Positions 46,514-56,146 are shown, numbered from the stretch's first letter. The stretch: 64,000 nt of DNA from Oscillospiraceae bacterium (GCA_017461445.1 JAFTXW010000022.1:3890-67889); one strand, 5' to 3'. The notes: generated from the sequence alone by a model not told the origin. A program made the numbers and translations.

Positions 46514-47296
46514 ATGCTGCGAACTTTGATCACACCTGACTTATCCCAATATCCCCGGGAGTTTCATTCCCTGCTGGAAGGGGCCGTCCTCTATGACAGC
46601 AGCTGCTCTCCCAATGCAAAGGTCACCTACATTGACCGGGACGGAGGCTATTTTCTGAAAACCGCCCCCAAAGGCACCCTGGCACAGGAAGCCGCCATGA
46701 CCCGCTTTTTCCATGGCAAGGGTCTGGGGCCGGAGGTGCTGGGCTATTGCTCCCCGGATGCCGACTGGCTGCTGACCCGCCGCATTCCCGGCGAGGACTG
46801 CCTGCATCAACAGTACCTCAGCGACCCCAAACGGCTCTGCGATACTGTGGCGGAGCTGCTGCGCACCCTCCACGACATTCCCGCCGGGGACTGCCCGGTG
46901 AACCGCACCGAAACCATCCTTGCCGCCGCCCGGGAGCATTACCGCACAGGTCATTACGACAAATCCCTGTTCCCCGACAACTGGGGCTATACCTCCGCCG
47001 AAGAAGCCTGGAAGGTGGTAGAGGAAAAGGCCCAATATCTCCGCTCGGATACCCTTCTCCACGGAGACTACTGCCTGCCGAACATCCTGCTGCAGGACTG
47101 GAAATTCTCCGGCTTCATCGACCTGGGTGCCGCCGGTCTCGGCGACCGGTATGTCGATCTGTTTTGGGGCATCTGGTCATTGTCCTTCAATTTAAAAACG
47201 GATGCCTACCGGGCACGCTTTCTGGATGCCTACGGCCGGGACAAGGCGGAAGAAGAAAAGCTGCGCATCGTTGCCGCCCTTGAAGTTTTTGGATAG
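46514..47296 (+). CDS. Aminoglycoside 3'-phosphotransferase-family kinase
   Basis: 'LHGDYCLPNILL' catalytic loop and 'GFIDLGAAGLGDRYVDL'. Confidence 0.75.
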   Translation: MLRTLITPDLSQYPREFHSLLEGAVLYDSSCSPNAKVTYIDRDGGYFLKTAPKGTLAQEAAMTRFFHGKGLGPEVLGYCSPDADWLLTRRIPGEDCLHQQYLSDPKRLCDTVAELLRTLHDIPAGDCPVNRTETILAAAREHYRTGHYDKSLFPDNWGYTSAEEAWKVVEEKAQYLRSDTLLHGDYCLPNILLQDWKFSGFIDLGAAGLGDRYVDLFWGIWSLSFNLKTDAYRARFLDAYGRDKAEEEKLRIVAALEVFG

Positions 47297-47362
47297 CGTT
47301 GACTTACCCTTCCCATAATGGTACAATTATTGCAGAAATCCCATAGATTCGGAGGAATTTCC

Positions 47363-49750
47363 ATGGATCTGAAAAAGAAACTGATCAAGCTGGGCAGCAA
47401 GTTGATCAACGGCCTGGCCCAGGATGAAGAACACCACAATCCTGAAAAGACCGTCACCCCCGGTATGCCGGAGCTGCTCCGCTCCGCTGCCGCCCAGGGT
47501 GCGGTGCTGCTGGAAAACCGGGTGCTGCCCCTGAAAGCGGGTACCGGCGTTTCCCTCTTCGGCCGGGTCCAGTGGGACTGGTTCTGCACCGGCTACGGCT
47601 CCGGCGGCGATGTGAACGCCCCCTACCTGGTGAGCCTGCTGGAAGGTATGCGGGACTGCGAACAGCTGGAACTGAACGAAGATCTGGCCCAGACCTATGA
47701 GCGGTGGATCGTAGAGAATCCCGCCGACCACGGCATCTGGGGCCGCTGGCCCCGGTTCCACCCGGAGATGCCCCTGACGGAGGAGCTGGTACGGGAAGCA
47801 CGGGCCAATTCTGACCAGGCGGTCATCGTCATCGGACGATCCTCCGGCGAGGACCGGGAAAACGCCCTGGAGCCGGGCAGCTACTACCTGACGGAGGAAG
47901 AAAAAGAAATGCTCCGGCTGGTGAAGCAGCAGTTCCCCGACGCGGTGCTGGTACTGAACATCGGTTCCGTCATGGACTTTAGCTTCCTGAAAGAATACGA
48001 CTTCGGCGCAGTGCTCATCGCCTGGCAGGGCGGCATGGAAAGCGGCCACGCCGTGGCCGACCTGCTCTGCGGCAAAGTAAGCCCCTCGGGCCGTCTGACG
48101 GACACCATCCCCTGCCGCTACGAAGACCATCCCTCCGCGGCCCACTTTGGCGACAAAAAGGCCAATGAATACTGGGAGGACATTTACGTCGGCTACCGGT
48201 ACTTCGAGACCTTCGCCCCCGACAAAGTCCTCTACCCCTTCGGCTACGGCCTGTCCTATACAACTTTCAAAGCAGAAACCAACGCCGCAGGCCCCCTGGA
48301 ATACCGGGTCACGATGACAAATACCGGAAAATTCCCCGGCAAAAATTCCGTCCTTCTCTTTGTGGAGAAGCCCTGCGGCCTGCTGGGAAACCCTGCCCGG
48401 GAGCTGGTGGCCTTCGCCAAGACAAAGGAGCTGGCCCCCGGCGAAAGCCAGGAGCTGACCCTCACAGTAAATGAATACCAGCTCTGCTCCTACGATGACT
48501 GCGGCATCACGGGCCACAAGTCCTGCTATGTGCTGCAGCCGGGAGACTATGTATTCTACCTGGGCGAAAACGTCCGGGACGCGAAGGAAGTGGGCGGCGT
48601 CCATGTGGAGGAAACCACGGTCTACCGGCAGCTGAAGGAAGCCGCCGCCCCGGCAAAGTCCTTCCCCATCCTTGCCCGGCGGAGTGGCGAACGGATCGAG
48701 CGTTCCGCATCTCCCAGATCCGTTGACCTCAAGGCCCGCATCCTGGAAAACATCCCCAAGGAGCAGTTTATTACCGGCGATAAGGGCTTCAAGCTGAAGG
48801 ATGTGAAGGAGGGCCGGGTATCCCTGGATGCCTTCGTGGCCCAGCTGAGCACCGAGGAGCTGGAAGCCCTCTCCCGGGGTGGCTATATCATGGGCCACCC
48901 CTTGGGTGCCAGGGGCAACGCGGGCATCTTCGGCGGCGTTACCCAGTCTCTCCGGAACAAGGGCGTGCCCCCGGTGGTCACCACCGACGGCCCCTCCGGC
49001 ATCCGGCTCTATGATTCCTGCTCTCTGCTCCCCATCGGTACCCTGCTTGCCTGCACCTTCGACACGGAGTTGGTGGAGGAGGTCTGCCGTCACCTGGGCG
49101 GGGAAATGCGTGCCCGGGGCAGCGATGTGCTGCTGGCTCCTGGCATGAACATCCACCGCAATCCCCTCTGCGGCCGCAACTTTGAATACTTCTCAGAAGA
49201 TCCTCTGCTGACCGGCCGCATCGCCGCGGCCTACGTCCGGGGCATCCAGGCAAACGGCCTTTCCGCCTGCCCCAAGCACTTCGCCTGCAACAATCAGGAG
49301 CTGCGCCGGAACTGGAACAACTCCATCCTCTCCGAGCGGGCCCTGCGGGAAATTTACCTCAAGGGCTTCGAGATCTGCGTCGCAGAATCCAACCCCAAAA
49401 ACCTGATGACCAGCTATAACAAGATCAACGGTGTCTGGGGCCATTACCACTATGAGCTGGTGCAGACCATCCTCCGGGAGGAATGGGGCTACCAGGGGAA
49501 CGTGGTCACCGACTGGTGGATGCGCTACGCCCCCAGCCCGGAATTCCCCAATCTGAAAAGCAACGCCTACCGGGTCCGCTCCCGGGTCAACGTACTGATG
49601 CCCGGCGGTAAAAACATCCTGGACAAGCGGGAAAAGCCCGACGGCACCCTTCTCGCCACCTACGGCAAGAAAAACGGCATCACCCTTGGCGAAATGCAGG
49701 AAAACGCCAAAAACGTCCTGCGGTGTGTAATGGAATTGAAGGAATTATAA
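47363..49750 (+). CDS. Glycoside hydrolase family 3 with permuted domain order
   Basis: The alpha/beta-sandwich and Fn3-like domains come first ('GGMESGHAVADLLCGKVSPSGRL', 'FGYGLSYT'). The catalytic barrel comes last ('KHFACNNQE', 'MTSYNKINGVW', 'GNVVTDW'). Confidence 0.8.
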   Translation: MDLKKKLIKLGSKLINGLAQDEEHHNPEKTVTPGMPELLRSAAAQGAVLLENRVLPLKAGTGVSLFGRVQWDWFCTGYGSGGDVNAPYLVSLLEGMRDCEQLELNEDLAQTYERWIVENPADHGIWGRWPRFHPEMPLTEELVREARANSDQAVIVIGRSSGEDRENALEPGSYYLTEEEKEMLRLVKQQFPDAVLVLNIGSVMDFSFLKEYDFGAVLIAWQGGMESGHAVADLLCGKVSPSGRLTDTIPCRYEDHPSAAHFGDKKANEYWEDIYVGYRYFETFAPDKVLYPFGYGLSYTTFKAETNAAGPLEYRVTMTNTGKFPGKNSVLLFVEKPCGLLGNPARELVAFAKTKELAPGESQELTLTVNEYQLCSYDDCGITGHKSCYVLQPGDYVFYLGENVRDAKEVGGVHVEETTVYRQLKEAAAPAKSFPILARRSGERIERSASPRSVDLKARILENIPKEQFITGDKGFKLKDVKEGRVSLDAFVAQLSTEELEALSRGGYIMGHPLGARGNAGIFGGVTQSLRNKGVPPVVTTDGPSGIRLYDSCSLLPIGTLLACTFDTELVEEVCRHLGGEMRARGSDVLLAPGMNIHRNPLCGRNFEYFSEDPLLTGRIAAAYVRGIQANGLSACPKHFACNNQELRRNWNNSILSERALREIYLKGFEICVAESNPKNLMTSYNKINGVWGHYHYELVQTILREEWGYQGNVVTDWWMRYAPSPEFPNLKSNAYRVRSRVNVLMPGGKNILDKREKPDGTLLATYGKKNGITLGEMQENAKNVLRCVMELKEL

Positions 49751-49823
49751 AGTCTATCTGAAAACCGTCAGGCACATTTCCAGTTTTTAGATAGCCCCTA
49801 AACGGAAGAAAAGAGGAGAGACT

Positions 49824-51239
49824 ATGAAAACAAAGCCTAACTACATGACCACCTTCTCCGAGCGGCTCAGCTACTGGACCTATTTCATCGGTCAGAACGT
49901 CTACTACAACATCACGGCGGCGTTCATCTCGACGTACCTTGCCATGCAGGGTATTTCCCTGGCCAAGGTAGCTACCGTCCTGCTGATCGTGAAGATTTGG
50001 GACGCCATCAACGACCCCATGTTCGGCTTCATTTTTGACAAGGTGAAGTTCAAGAACGGCCAGAAAAGCCTGCCCTGGCTGCGGATCGCCGTGGCTCTGA
50101 TCCCGGTGGTCACCATCGTCCTGTTCGCCATCCCCTCCGGCATGAGCGAGACCGCCAAGCTCATCTGGTTCGGCGTGGCCTACATCCTGTGGGACACGGT
50201 CTATACGCTCACCGATGTGCCTGCCTACTCCATGCTGAACACCATGACCGACAACCTCCAGGAGCGCAACACCCTCCTGTCTGTCAACCGGATCTTCTCC
50301 GGCGCGGGCGTACTGATTTACGGCGTGGTGCTGCCCCTGCTGATCAGTGAGGACGTGGGCATGAGTGCTACCATGGCCGTGGCTATCCTGTCCATTTTCA
50401 GTGCCCTGACCATGGTGCCCCTGTGTGTCAAATGCAAGGAGCGCAACTATAAGCCCGAGGAGGAGCCGGACAACTTCACCCCGAAGGAAATGTTCCGCTA
50501 CTTAAAGAGCAACAAGTACCTGCTGATCTACTACGGCGGCTATATGGCGACCGACGCGTTGAAGACCTCCGCCGCCGTGACCCTGTTCGTTTCCTTCTAC
50601 CTTTTCGGCAACTCTACGTTTTCCATCGTGCTGAACATCCTGAACATGGTTCCCGGTGTTTTTGCCGCCATGCTGATGCCCACCATTTTGAAGCGGTTTG
50701 ACAAGTTCAAAACCCTGTTCTGGTGCAACATCGTCAACATCATTCTGGGGCTTGTCATCTACTTCGGCGGCTGGGAGAATCAGACCAGCTTCATCATCCT
50801 CACCTGCATCCGCTGTGTACCCCTGAGCATCGTGGGCATTCTGGCCTTCATGTTCACCCCCGACTGCGCCGAGTACGGCCAGTACAAGTCCGGCATCAGT
50901 GCCAAGGGCATCACCTTTGCCATCCAGACCTTCTCCGTGAAGATCACTGGCGCGGTGTCCTCCTCTCTGGCCTTGTTCCTGCTGGGCCTGTTCTCCTGGA
51001 TCAGCGTGGAGGCGGAGAGCTTCGCGGAGCTGGAAGCCATGGGCGTCCGGCAGAGCGGCGCGGCCCTGAACGGCCTGTGGTTCGTCTACGCCATGGTGCC
51101 CGTCATCGGCATGATCATCTCCACCTTCTTCTATATGGCTTATAAGCTCAACGATAAGGATGTACAGATCATGGCAAAGTGCAACTCCGGCGAGATCAGC
51201 CGGGAGGATGCGGAAAAGCTGCTTTCCAGAAAGTATTGA
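49824..51239 (+). CDS. GPH-family (MelB/YicJ-like) glycoside:cation symporter
   Basis: Twelve TM helices and 'KIWDAINDPMFGFIFD' GPH signature. Confidence 0.8.
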   Translation: MKTKPNYMTTFSERLSYWTYFIGQNVYYNITAAFISTYLAMQGISLAKVATVLLIVKIWDAINDPMFGFIFDKVKFKNGQKSLPWLRIAVALIPVVTIVLFAIPSGMSETAKLIWFGVAYILWDTVYTLTDVPAYSMLNTMTDNLQERNTLLSVNRIFSGAGVLIYGVVLPLLISEDVGMSATMAVAILSIFSALTMVPLCVKCKERNYKPEEEPDNFTPKEMFRYLKSNKYLLIYYGGYMATDALKTSAAVTLFVSFYLFGNSTFSIVLNILNMVPGVFAAMLMPTILKRFDKFKTLFWCNIVNIILGLVIYFGGWENQTSFIILTCIRCVPLSIVGILAFMFTPDCAEYGQYKSGISAKGITFAIQTFSVKITGAVSSSLALFLLGLFSWISVEAESFAELEAMGVRQSGAALNGLWFVYAMVPVIGMIISTFFYMAYKLNDKDVQIMAKCNSGEISREDAEKLLSRKY

Positions 51240-51254
51240 TTTGCCAATAGACAC

Positions 51255-51292
51255 TGCAGGGCGGAGGCATACCTTCGCCCTGCATTTTTATC
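51255..51292 (+). terminator. Rho-independent terminator
   Basis: tgcagggcg...cgccctgca followed by ttttta. Confidence 0.75.
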
Positions 51293-51433
51293 TTATCCGA
51301 AAAAGTCCCGGTTTATTGGACACTAACTGTGATATCCTCCTGTTGCCCGGACAGGAAGTTGCGGAACAGAGGTTTTCCGAGCTGTTACAAAAAATGACAT
51401 TCCGCTTTTCCTCTTGACAAAATTCCTTATCTG

Positions 51434-51481
51434 TGGCAATATATTGTGGAGGTTTGACAAAAATGACACAACATGTTGTGT
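51434..51481 (+). promoter_or_regulatory. Tandem NrdR boxes overlapping the nrdD promoter
   Basis: tggCAATATATTGtgg (51434-49) and the perfect palindrome ACACAACATGTTGTGT (51466-81), with centres 32 bp apart. TTGACA lies at 51414-19. Confidence 0.75.
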
Positions 51482-51540
51482 CCTGTGCTGGAGCACGGCT
51501 CCCTGTACCTCAATACCTACAGAAAGACAGGACGGAAACT

Positions 51541-53823
51541 ATGATTCAAAGTATTATCAAGCGTGACGGCCGCGTGGTGCTCTATGACCAGAACAAGATC
51601 GCCGCAGCCATTCTGCGTTCCCTGGAGGTCTCCGGTGACGGCGATGCCGCCGATGCTGCCCGTGTGGCTAACGACGTTCAGAGCGATCTGGAACGCCGCT
51701 TCCCCGCCGAGGCTCCCAATATCGAAGCTATTCAGGATACCGTGGAGCGTCAGCTGATGAACCATGGCTTCAACGCCGCCGCCAAGGCCTACATTCTCTA
51801 CCGTGCAAACCGCACCCGGGCCCGGGAGGCCAACACCGCCCTGATGAAGACCATCGACGAGATCACCAACATCGATGCCCGCATCAGCGATATGAAGCGC
51901 GACAACGCCAACATAGACGGCAACACCGCCATGGGCAGCATGCTGCAGATCGGCTCCGCCGGTGCCAAGGCCTACAATGAGATTTACCTGCTCCGCCCCG
52001 AGCACGCCAAGGCCTATCGGGAGGGCGACATCCACATCCATGATTTTGATTTTTACTCCCTGACCACCACCTGCTGCCAGATCGATATTCTGAAGCTGTT
52101 CCACGGCGGCTTCTCCACCGGCCACGGCTACCTGCGGGAGCCCAACTCCATCCAGAGCTACGCCGCCCTGGCCGCCATTGCCATCCAGAGTAACCAGAAC
52201 GACCAGCACGGCGGCCAGTCCATCCCCAACTTCGACTACGGCATGGCCGAGGGCGTTGCCAAGACCTACCGCAAGGCCTTTACCCGCCGCCTGAAGGATG
52301 CTGTGGAGGACTATCTGGATCTGGCGGACGAGGAATCCGCTGTGCGGGCCATCGTTGCCAAGGCAGAGGCCCAGACCGGCGAGACCGCCCGGCTGGAAAC
52401 CGGTAAAGCCTTCGCCGCCGCCATTGCCGCCGGACTGAAGGCACAGTACGATCTGAACGAGACCCTGTCCCACAAGCTCATCACCCGGGCCTCCATCCGG
52501 GCCTACAAGAAGACCGACCGGGACACCATGCAGGCTATGGAGGGCTTTGTGCACAACCTGAACACCATGCACTCCCGTGCCGGTGCCCAGACCCCCTTCT
52601 CCTCCATCAACTACGGCACCGACACCAGCCCCGAGGGCCGCATGGTCATCCGCAACATCCTGCTGGCTCTGGATGCGGGCCTGGGTCACGGCGAGACCTG
52701 CATCTTCCCCATCCACATCTTCAAGGTCAAGGAAGGCGTCAACTACAACCCCGAGGACCCCAACTATGACCTGTTCCGCCTCAGCTGCAAGGTCAGTGCC
52801 AAGCGTCTGTTCCCCAACTATACCTTCCTGGACTCTCCCTTCAACCTGCAATACTATGTCCCCGGCCGCCCTGAGACGGAGGTCGCCACCATGGGCTGCC
52901 GTACCCGCGTCATGGGCAACGTCTATGACCCCACCCGGCAGATCGCCTACTCCCGCGGCAACCTCTCCTTCACCTCCATTAATCTGCCTCGTCTTGCCAT
53001 CGAAAGCAAGGGCGACGAGAAGCTGTTCTATGAAAAGCTGCAGCATATGCTGGAGCTGACCGCCCAGCAGCTGCTGGACCGCTTTGAGATCCAGGCCAAT
53101 AAGCACATTTACAACTACCCCTTCCTGATGGGCCAGGGCGTGTGGCTGGATTCCGATACCCTCACCCTGAAGGACGACCTGCGGGAGGTTTTGAAGCACG
53201 GCACCATGTCCATCGGCTTCATCGGCCTGGCCGAGACCCTCACCGCCCTCTACGGCAGCCACCACGGCGAAAGTGAGGAGCTGCAGAAGAAGGGCCTTGA
53301 GATCATCGGCTTCATGCGGGATTACTGTGACCGCAAATCTCAGGAAATGAGGATGAATTTTACCCTGCTGGGCACCCCCGCCGAGGGCCTCTCCGGCCGG
53401 TTTATCCGCATGGATCAGAAGCGGTTCGGCAAGATCAAGGGCGTTACCGACCGGGAATACTACACCAACTCCTTCCATATCCCTGTCTGGTATCCCATCT
53501 CCGTTTATGACAAGATCCGTCTGGAAGCTCCCTACCACGCCCTGTGCAACGCAGGCCACATCAGCTATGTGGAGCTGGACGGCGACACCGCCCGGAATGT
53601 GGAGGCCTTCGAGGCCGTGGTTCGCTGTATGCACGACTGCGGCGTGGGCTACGGCTCCATTAACCATCCCGTTGACCGTGACCCCGTCTGCGGCTATGTG
53701 GGCATCATCGGCGATGTCTGCCCCCGCTGCGGCCGCCGCGAAGGCGAGGAGATCGCCCCCGAGCGTGTGGAAGAGCTGAGAAGAATGTACCCCGAAATGC
53801 CCGCATTTCAGGGAATCGAATGA
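51541..53823 (+). CDS. nrdD: Anaerobic ribonucleoside-triphosphate reductase, large polypeptide lacking the glycyl-radical tail
   Basis: ATP-cone 'IIKRDGRVVLYDQNKI', class III core, and Zn-ribbon 'CGYVGIIGDVCPRCG'. It ends at TGA 53821-23. Confidence 0.9.
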   Translation: MIQSIIKRDGRVVLYDQNKIAAAILRSLEVSGDGDAADAARVANDVQSDLERRFPAEAPNIEAIQDTVERQLMNHGFNAAAKAYILYRANRTRAREANTALMKTIDEITNIDARISDMKRDNANIDGNTAMGSMLQIGSAGAKAYNEIYLLRPEHAKAYREGDIHIHDFDFYSLTTTCCQIDILKLFHGGFSTGHGYLREPNSIQSYAALAAIAIQSNQNDQHGGQSIPNFDYGMAEGVAKTYRKAFTRRLKDAVEDYLDLADEESAVRAIVAKAEAQTGETARLETGKAFAAAIAAGLKAQYDLNETLSHKLITRASIRAYKKTDRDTMQAMEGFVHNLNTMHSRAGAQTPFSSINYGTDTSPEGRMVIRNILLALDAGLGHGETCIFPIHIFKVKEGVNYNPEDPNYDLFRLSCKVSAKRLFPNYTFLDSPFNLQYYVPGRPETEVATMGCRTRVMGNVYDPTRQIAYSRGNLSFTSINLPRLAIESKGDEKLFYEKLQHMLELTAQQLLDRFEIQANKHIYNYPFLMGQGVWLDSDTLTLKDDLREVLKHGTMSIGFIGLAETLTALYGSHHGESEELQKKGLEIIGFMRDYCDRKSQEMRMNFTLLGTPAEGLSGRFIRMDQKRFGKIKGVTDREYYTNSFHIPVWYPISVYDKIRLEAPYHALCNAGHISYVELDGDTARNVEAFEAVVRCMHDCGVGYGSINHPVDRDPVCGYVGIIGDVCPRCGRREGEEIAPERVEELRRMYPEMPAFQGIE

Positions 53824-53841
53824 TTTCATGGAGGAAGTATT

Positions 53842-54003
53842 ATGACTGCAAAGAGTAAGAATGAAAAGCTGGGCCAGGGTGTTGGCTTTGAGCGTATCCG
53901 CCGGATCACCGGTTATCTGGTCGGCACCATGGACAAGTGGAACGATGCCAAGCGGGCCGAGGAGCGGGACCGGGTCAAGCACTCCCTGAGTAACAATGCT
54001 TGA
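53842..54003 (+). CDS. 53-aa autonomous NrdD glycyl-radical segment
   Basis: GGAGGA (53830-35) lies 6 nt before the ATG. 'ERIRRITGYLVG...WNDAKRAEERDRVKH' matches the NrdD C-terminal motif. Its stop overlaps the nrdG start. It is too short to appear in the ORF track. Confidence 0.7.
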   Translation: MTAKSKNEKLGQGVGFERIRRITGYLVGTMDKWNDAKRAEERDRVKHSLSNNA

Positions 54004-54508
54004 TTTGAGCGGAATCGTCGGTGACAGCATCGTGGATGGCCCCGGCATCCGAACCACCGTGTTCAGCCAGGGCTGCCCCCACCACTGTCCCGGCTGCCAC
54101 AATCCGGAAACCTGGGAATTTGGCTGCGGCACTCCCATGGAGGAGGAGCGGATTTTGGACATCGTCCGCGCCAATCCCCTGTGCCGGGGTGTCACCTTCT
54201 CCGGCGGCGAGCCCTTCGCCCAGGCAGAAGGCTTTGCCAAGCTTGCCCGCCTTCTGAAGGCCCGGGGCTACGAGGTTGCCAGCTATACCGGCTATACCTT
54301 TGAGCAGCTGCTCCGCGGCACCCCCGCCCAGCGAGAACTGCTGGAAGCCATCGACATTCTCATTGACGGCCCCTTCCTGCTGGAAGAAAAGAGCCTGGAA
54401 GTTCCCTTCCGGGGAAGCTGTAACCAGCGTATCCTGGATGTCCCCCAAAGCCTTGCCGCGGGCAGGGCCGTGGAAACCGCCCAAAAACGCTGGCTGGGAG
54501 AATACTGA
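53996..54508 (+). CDS. nrdG: Anaerobic ribonucleotide reductase activating protein
   Basis: 'DGPGIRTTVFSQGCPHHCPGCHN' radical-SAM cluster and 'VTFSGGEP'. Confidence 0.9.
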   Translation: MLDLSGIVGDSIVDGPGIRTTVFSQGCPHHCPGCHNPETWEFGCGTPMEEERILDIVRANPLCRGVTFSGGEPFAQAEGFAKLARLLKARGYEVASYTGYTFEQLLRGTPAQRELLEAIDILIDGPFLLEEKSLEVPFRGSCNQRILDVPQSLAAGRAVETAQKRWLGEY

Positions 54509-54649
54509 GCACAAAACACCCTGATTCGATCCGAATCGGGGTGTTTCTGCGGGGAAGGGGAGCAGCCCATCCCTGCGTCTTGCGCAATCTGTCCTTCTGT
54601 GGTAACATAGGAAAAAGGAGAGCGGGACGAACCGCTGAGGAGGCACACT

Positions 54650-55420
54650 ATGGCAGAACCCAAAAACTGGTTCACCATTGACCGGGTGGACGAAAGTACA
54701 TACATTCTCAGCGAGTATCGCCACTGGGAGGAGACCCACTGCTATCTGCTGATCGGAGAGAAAGGGGCACTGCTGATCGATACCGGGCTGGGGATCGGGA
54801 AAATTTCGGCGGAGGTGCGGAAGTTGACGGAGAAACCCGTGACGGCTGTGGCCACCCATGTTCACTGGGATCACATCGGCGGGCATCATGATTTCCCGGA
54901 TTTTTATGCCCATGAAGCGGAGCTTGGCTGGCTGCAAGGGGCGTTCCCGCTGCCGGTGCAGGCAGTCAGAAGCATGGTGGCAGACCGCTGTGACCTGCCG
55001 GAGGGCTTTGATGTGGGATCTTATGAGATTTTTCAGGGTACTCCCGCCCGGCTGCTGGGAGACGGCAACATCATCGATTTGGGCGGCAGGCAGGTGCGGG
55101 CCCTGCACACCCCGGGCCATTCTCCCGGGCATCTATGCTTCTGGGATGCGGATCGAGGGTACCTGTTTACGGGTGATCTGGTGTACAAGGGGACGCTGTT
55201 TGCCAATTATCCTTCCACAGACCCGGCGGCATATTTGGATTCTTTGGAAAAGACGGCGGGGCTCCCCGCCAAAAAAATATTCCCGGGCCACCACAGCCTG
55301 GATATCCAGCCGGAGCTGGTGGTCCGGATGCGGGATGCCTTCCGGGAATTGCATGCGGCAGAAAAGCTCCACCACGGAAGCGGAACATTTGCTTACGGCG
55401 ATTGGGAGGTTTGGTTGTAG
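54650..55420 (+). CDS. MBL-fold metallo-hydrolase
   Basis: 'THVHWDHIGGH', 'HTPGHSPGH' and 'GDLVY'. Confidence 0.85.
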   Translation: MAEPKNWFTIDRVDESTYILSEYRHWEETHCYLLIGEKGALLIDTGLGIGKISAEVRKLTEKPVTAVATHVHWDHIGGHHDFPDFYAHEAELGWLQGAFPLPVQAVRSMVADRCDLPEGFDVGSYEIFQGTPARLLGDGNIIDLGGRQVRALHTPGHSPGHLCFWDADRGYLFTGDLVYKGTLFANYPSTDPAAYLDSLEKTAGLPAKKIFPGHHSLDIQPELVVRMRDAFRELHAAEKLHHGSGTFAYGDWEVWL

Positions 55421-55422
55421 CT

Positions 55423-56124
55423 ATGAATAGATTGGAAAAGATCCGGCAGGCAGAAAAAGCCTCCCACGAGGAGGCCTATGGCACTTATGCTCTGTTTGAA
55501 AAGGGCAGCTGGCTGGCGAAGCCGGTAAAAACCGTGCTGGATATCCTCCCGTTGCTGAAAGACCGGGCAGACCTCCGGGCATTGGATTTGGGCTGCGGTG
55601 TGGGGCGCAACAGCATCCCCGTGGCCCGTGCATTTCCCGGCGGCCGGGTGGACTGCGTGGACATTCTCCCCAGCGCGGTGGAAAAGCTGGAAGAAAACGC
55701 AAAGGAATACGGCGTGGAAGGTGCCATCCGGGGCATCGTCTCGGGTATCGACGAATTTGCCGTCACGCCTGATGGCTATGATCTGATTCTGGCGATTTCC
55801 GCGCTGGAGCACATGGACAGCGAAGAAACCATGGGCCGCAAGCTGGAAGAAATTTGCCGCGGTATCCGTGCCGGCGGCATCGTATGTCTGGTGATGAACT
55901 CTGGTGTCCGGGAATGGGATAAGGCAACAGGCCGCAGATTGGAGCCCCAGTTCGAGGTGGACCTGCCCACGGATGTGCTCCAAACGCTGCTGCGTCAGAC
56001 CTTCACGGGCTGGGAGATACTCAAATCCACGGTGGTGCACCAGAAATACGCCATCCCGCGCTCCGGCGGCATGGCGGAATTGGAATCGGATGTGGTCACC
56101 CTCGCAGCACAGAAAAAAGCGTGA
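55423..56124 (+). CDS. Class I SAM-dependent methyltransferase (TehB-like)
   Basis: Motif I 'ALDLGCGVGRNS'. The start lies 2 nt after the MBL stop. Confidence 0.75.
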   Translation: MNRLEKIRQAEKASHEEAYGTYALFEKGSWLAKPVKTVLDILPLLKDRADLRALDLGCGVGRNSIPVARAFPGGRVDCVDILPSAVEKLEENAKEYGVEGAIRGIVSGIDEFAVTPDGYDLILAISALEHMDSEETMGRKLEEICRGIRAGGIVCLVMNSGVREWDKATGRRLEPQFEVDLPTDVLQTLLRQTFTGWEILKSTVVHQKYAIPRSGGMAELESDVVTLAAQKKA

Positions 56125-56146
56125 GCGGCTGCTCACGCTTTTGTTC
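56112..56146. terminator. Bidirectional terminator between convergent genes
   Basis: aaaaaagcgtgagc-ggct-gctcacgcttttgtt. Confidence 0.8.

Noticed and set aside
53690-53720. 'PVCGYVG' inside the large NrdD ORF as the glycyl-radical motif
   Set aside because: It lies in the Cys-rich Zn-ribbon (C-G-Y-x-G...C-P-R-C-G). It lacks the preceding RR and the trailing 'W-N-x-x-K...RVKH' context, which is found only in the 53-aa ORF.
51517-54240. 907-aa ORF antisense to nrdD-nrdG
   Set aside because: Shadow ORF. The sense strand has the ATP-cone, Zn-ribbon and NrdG radical-SAM motifs.
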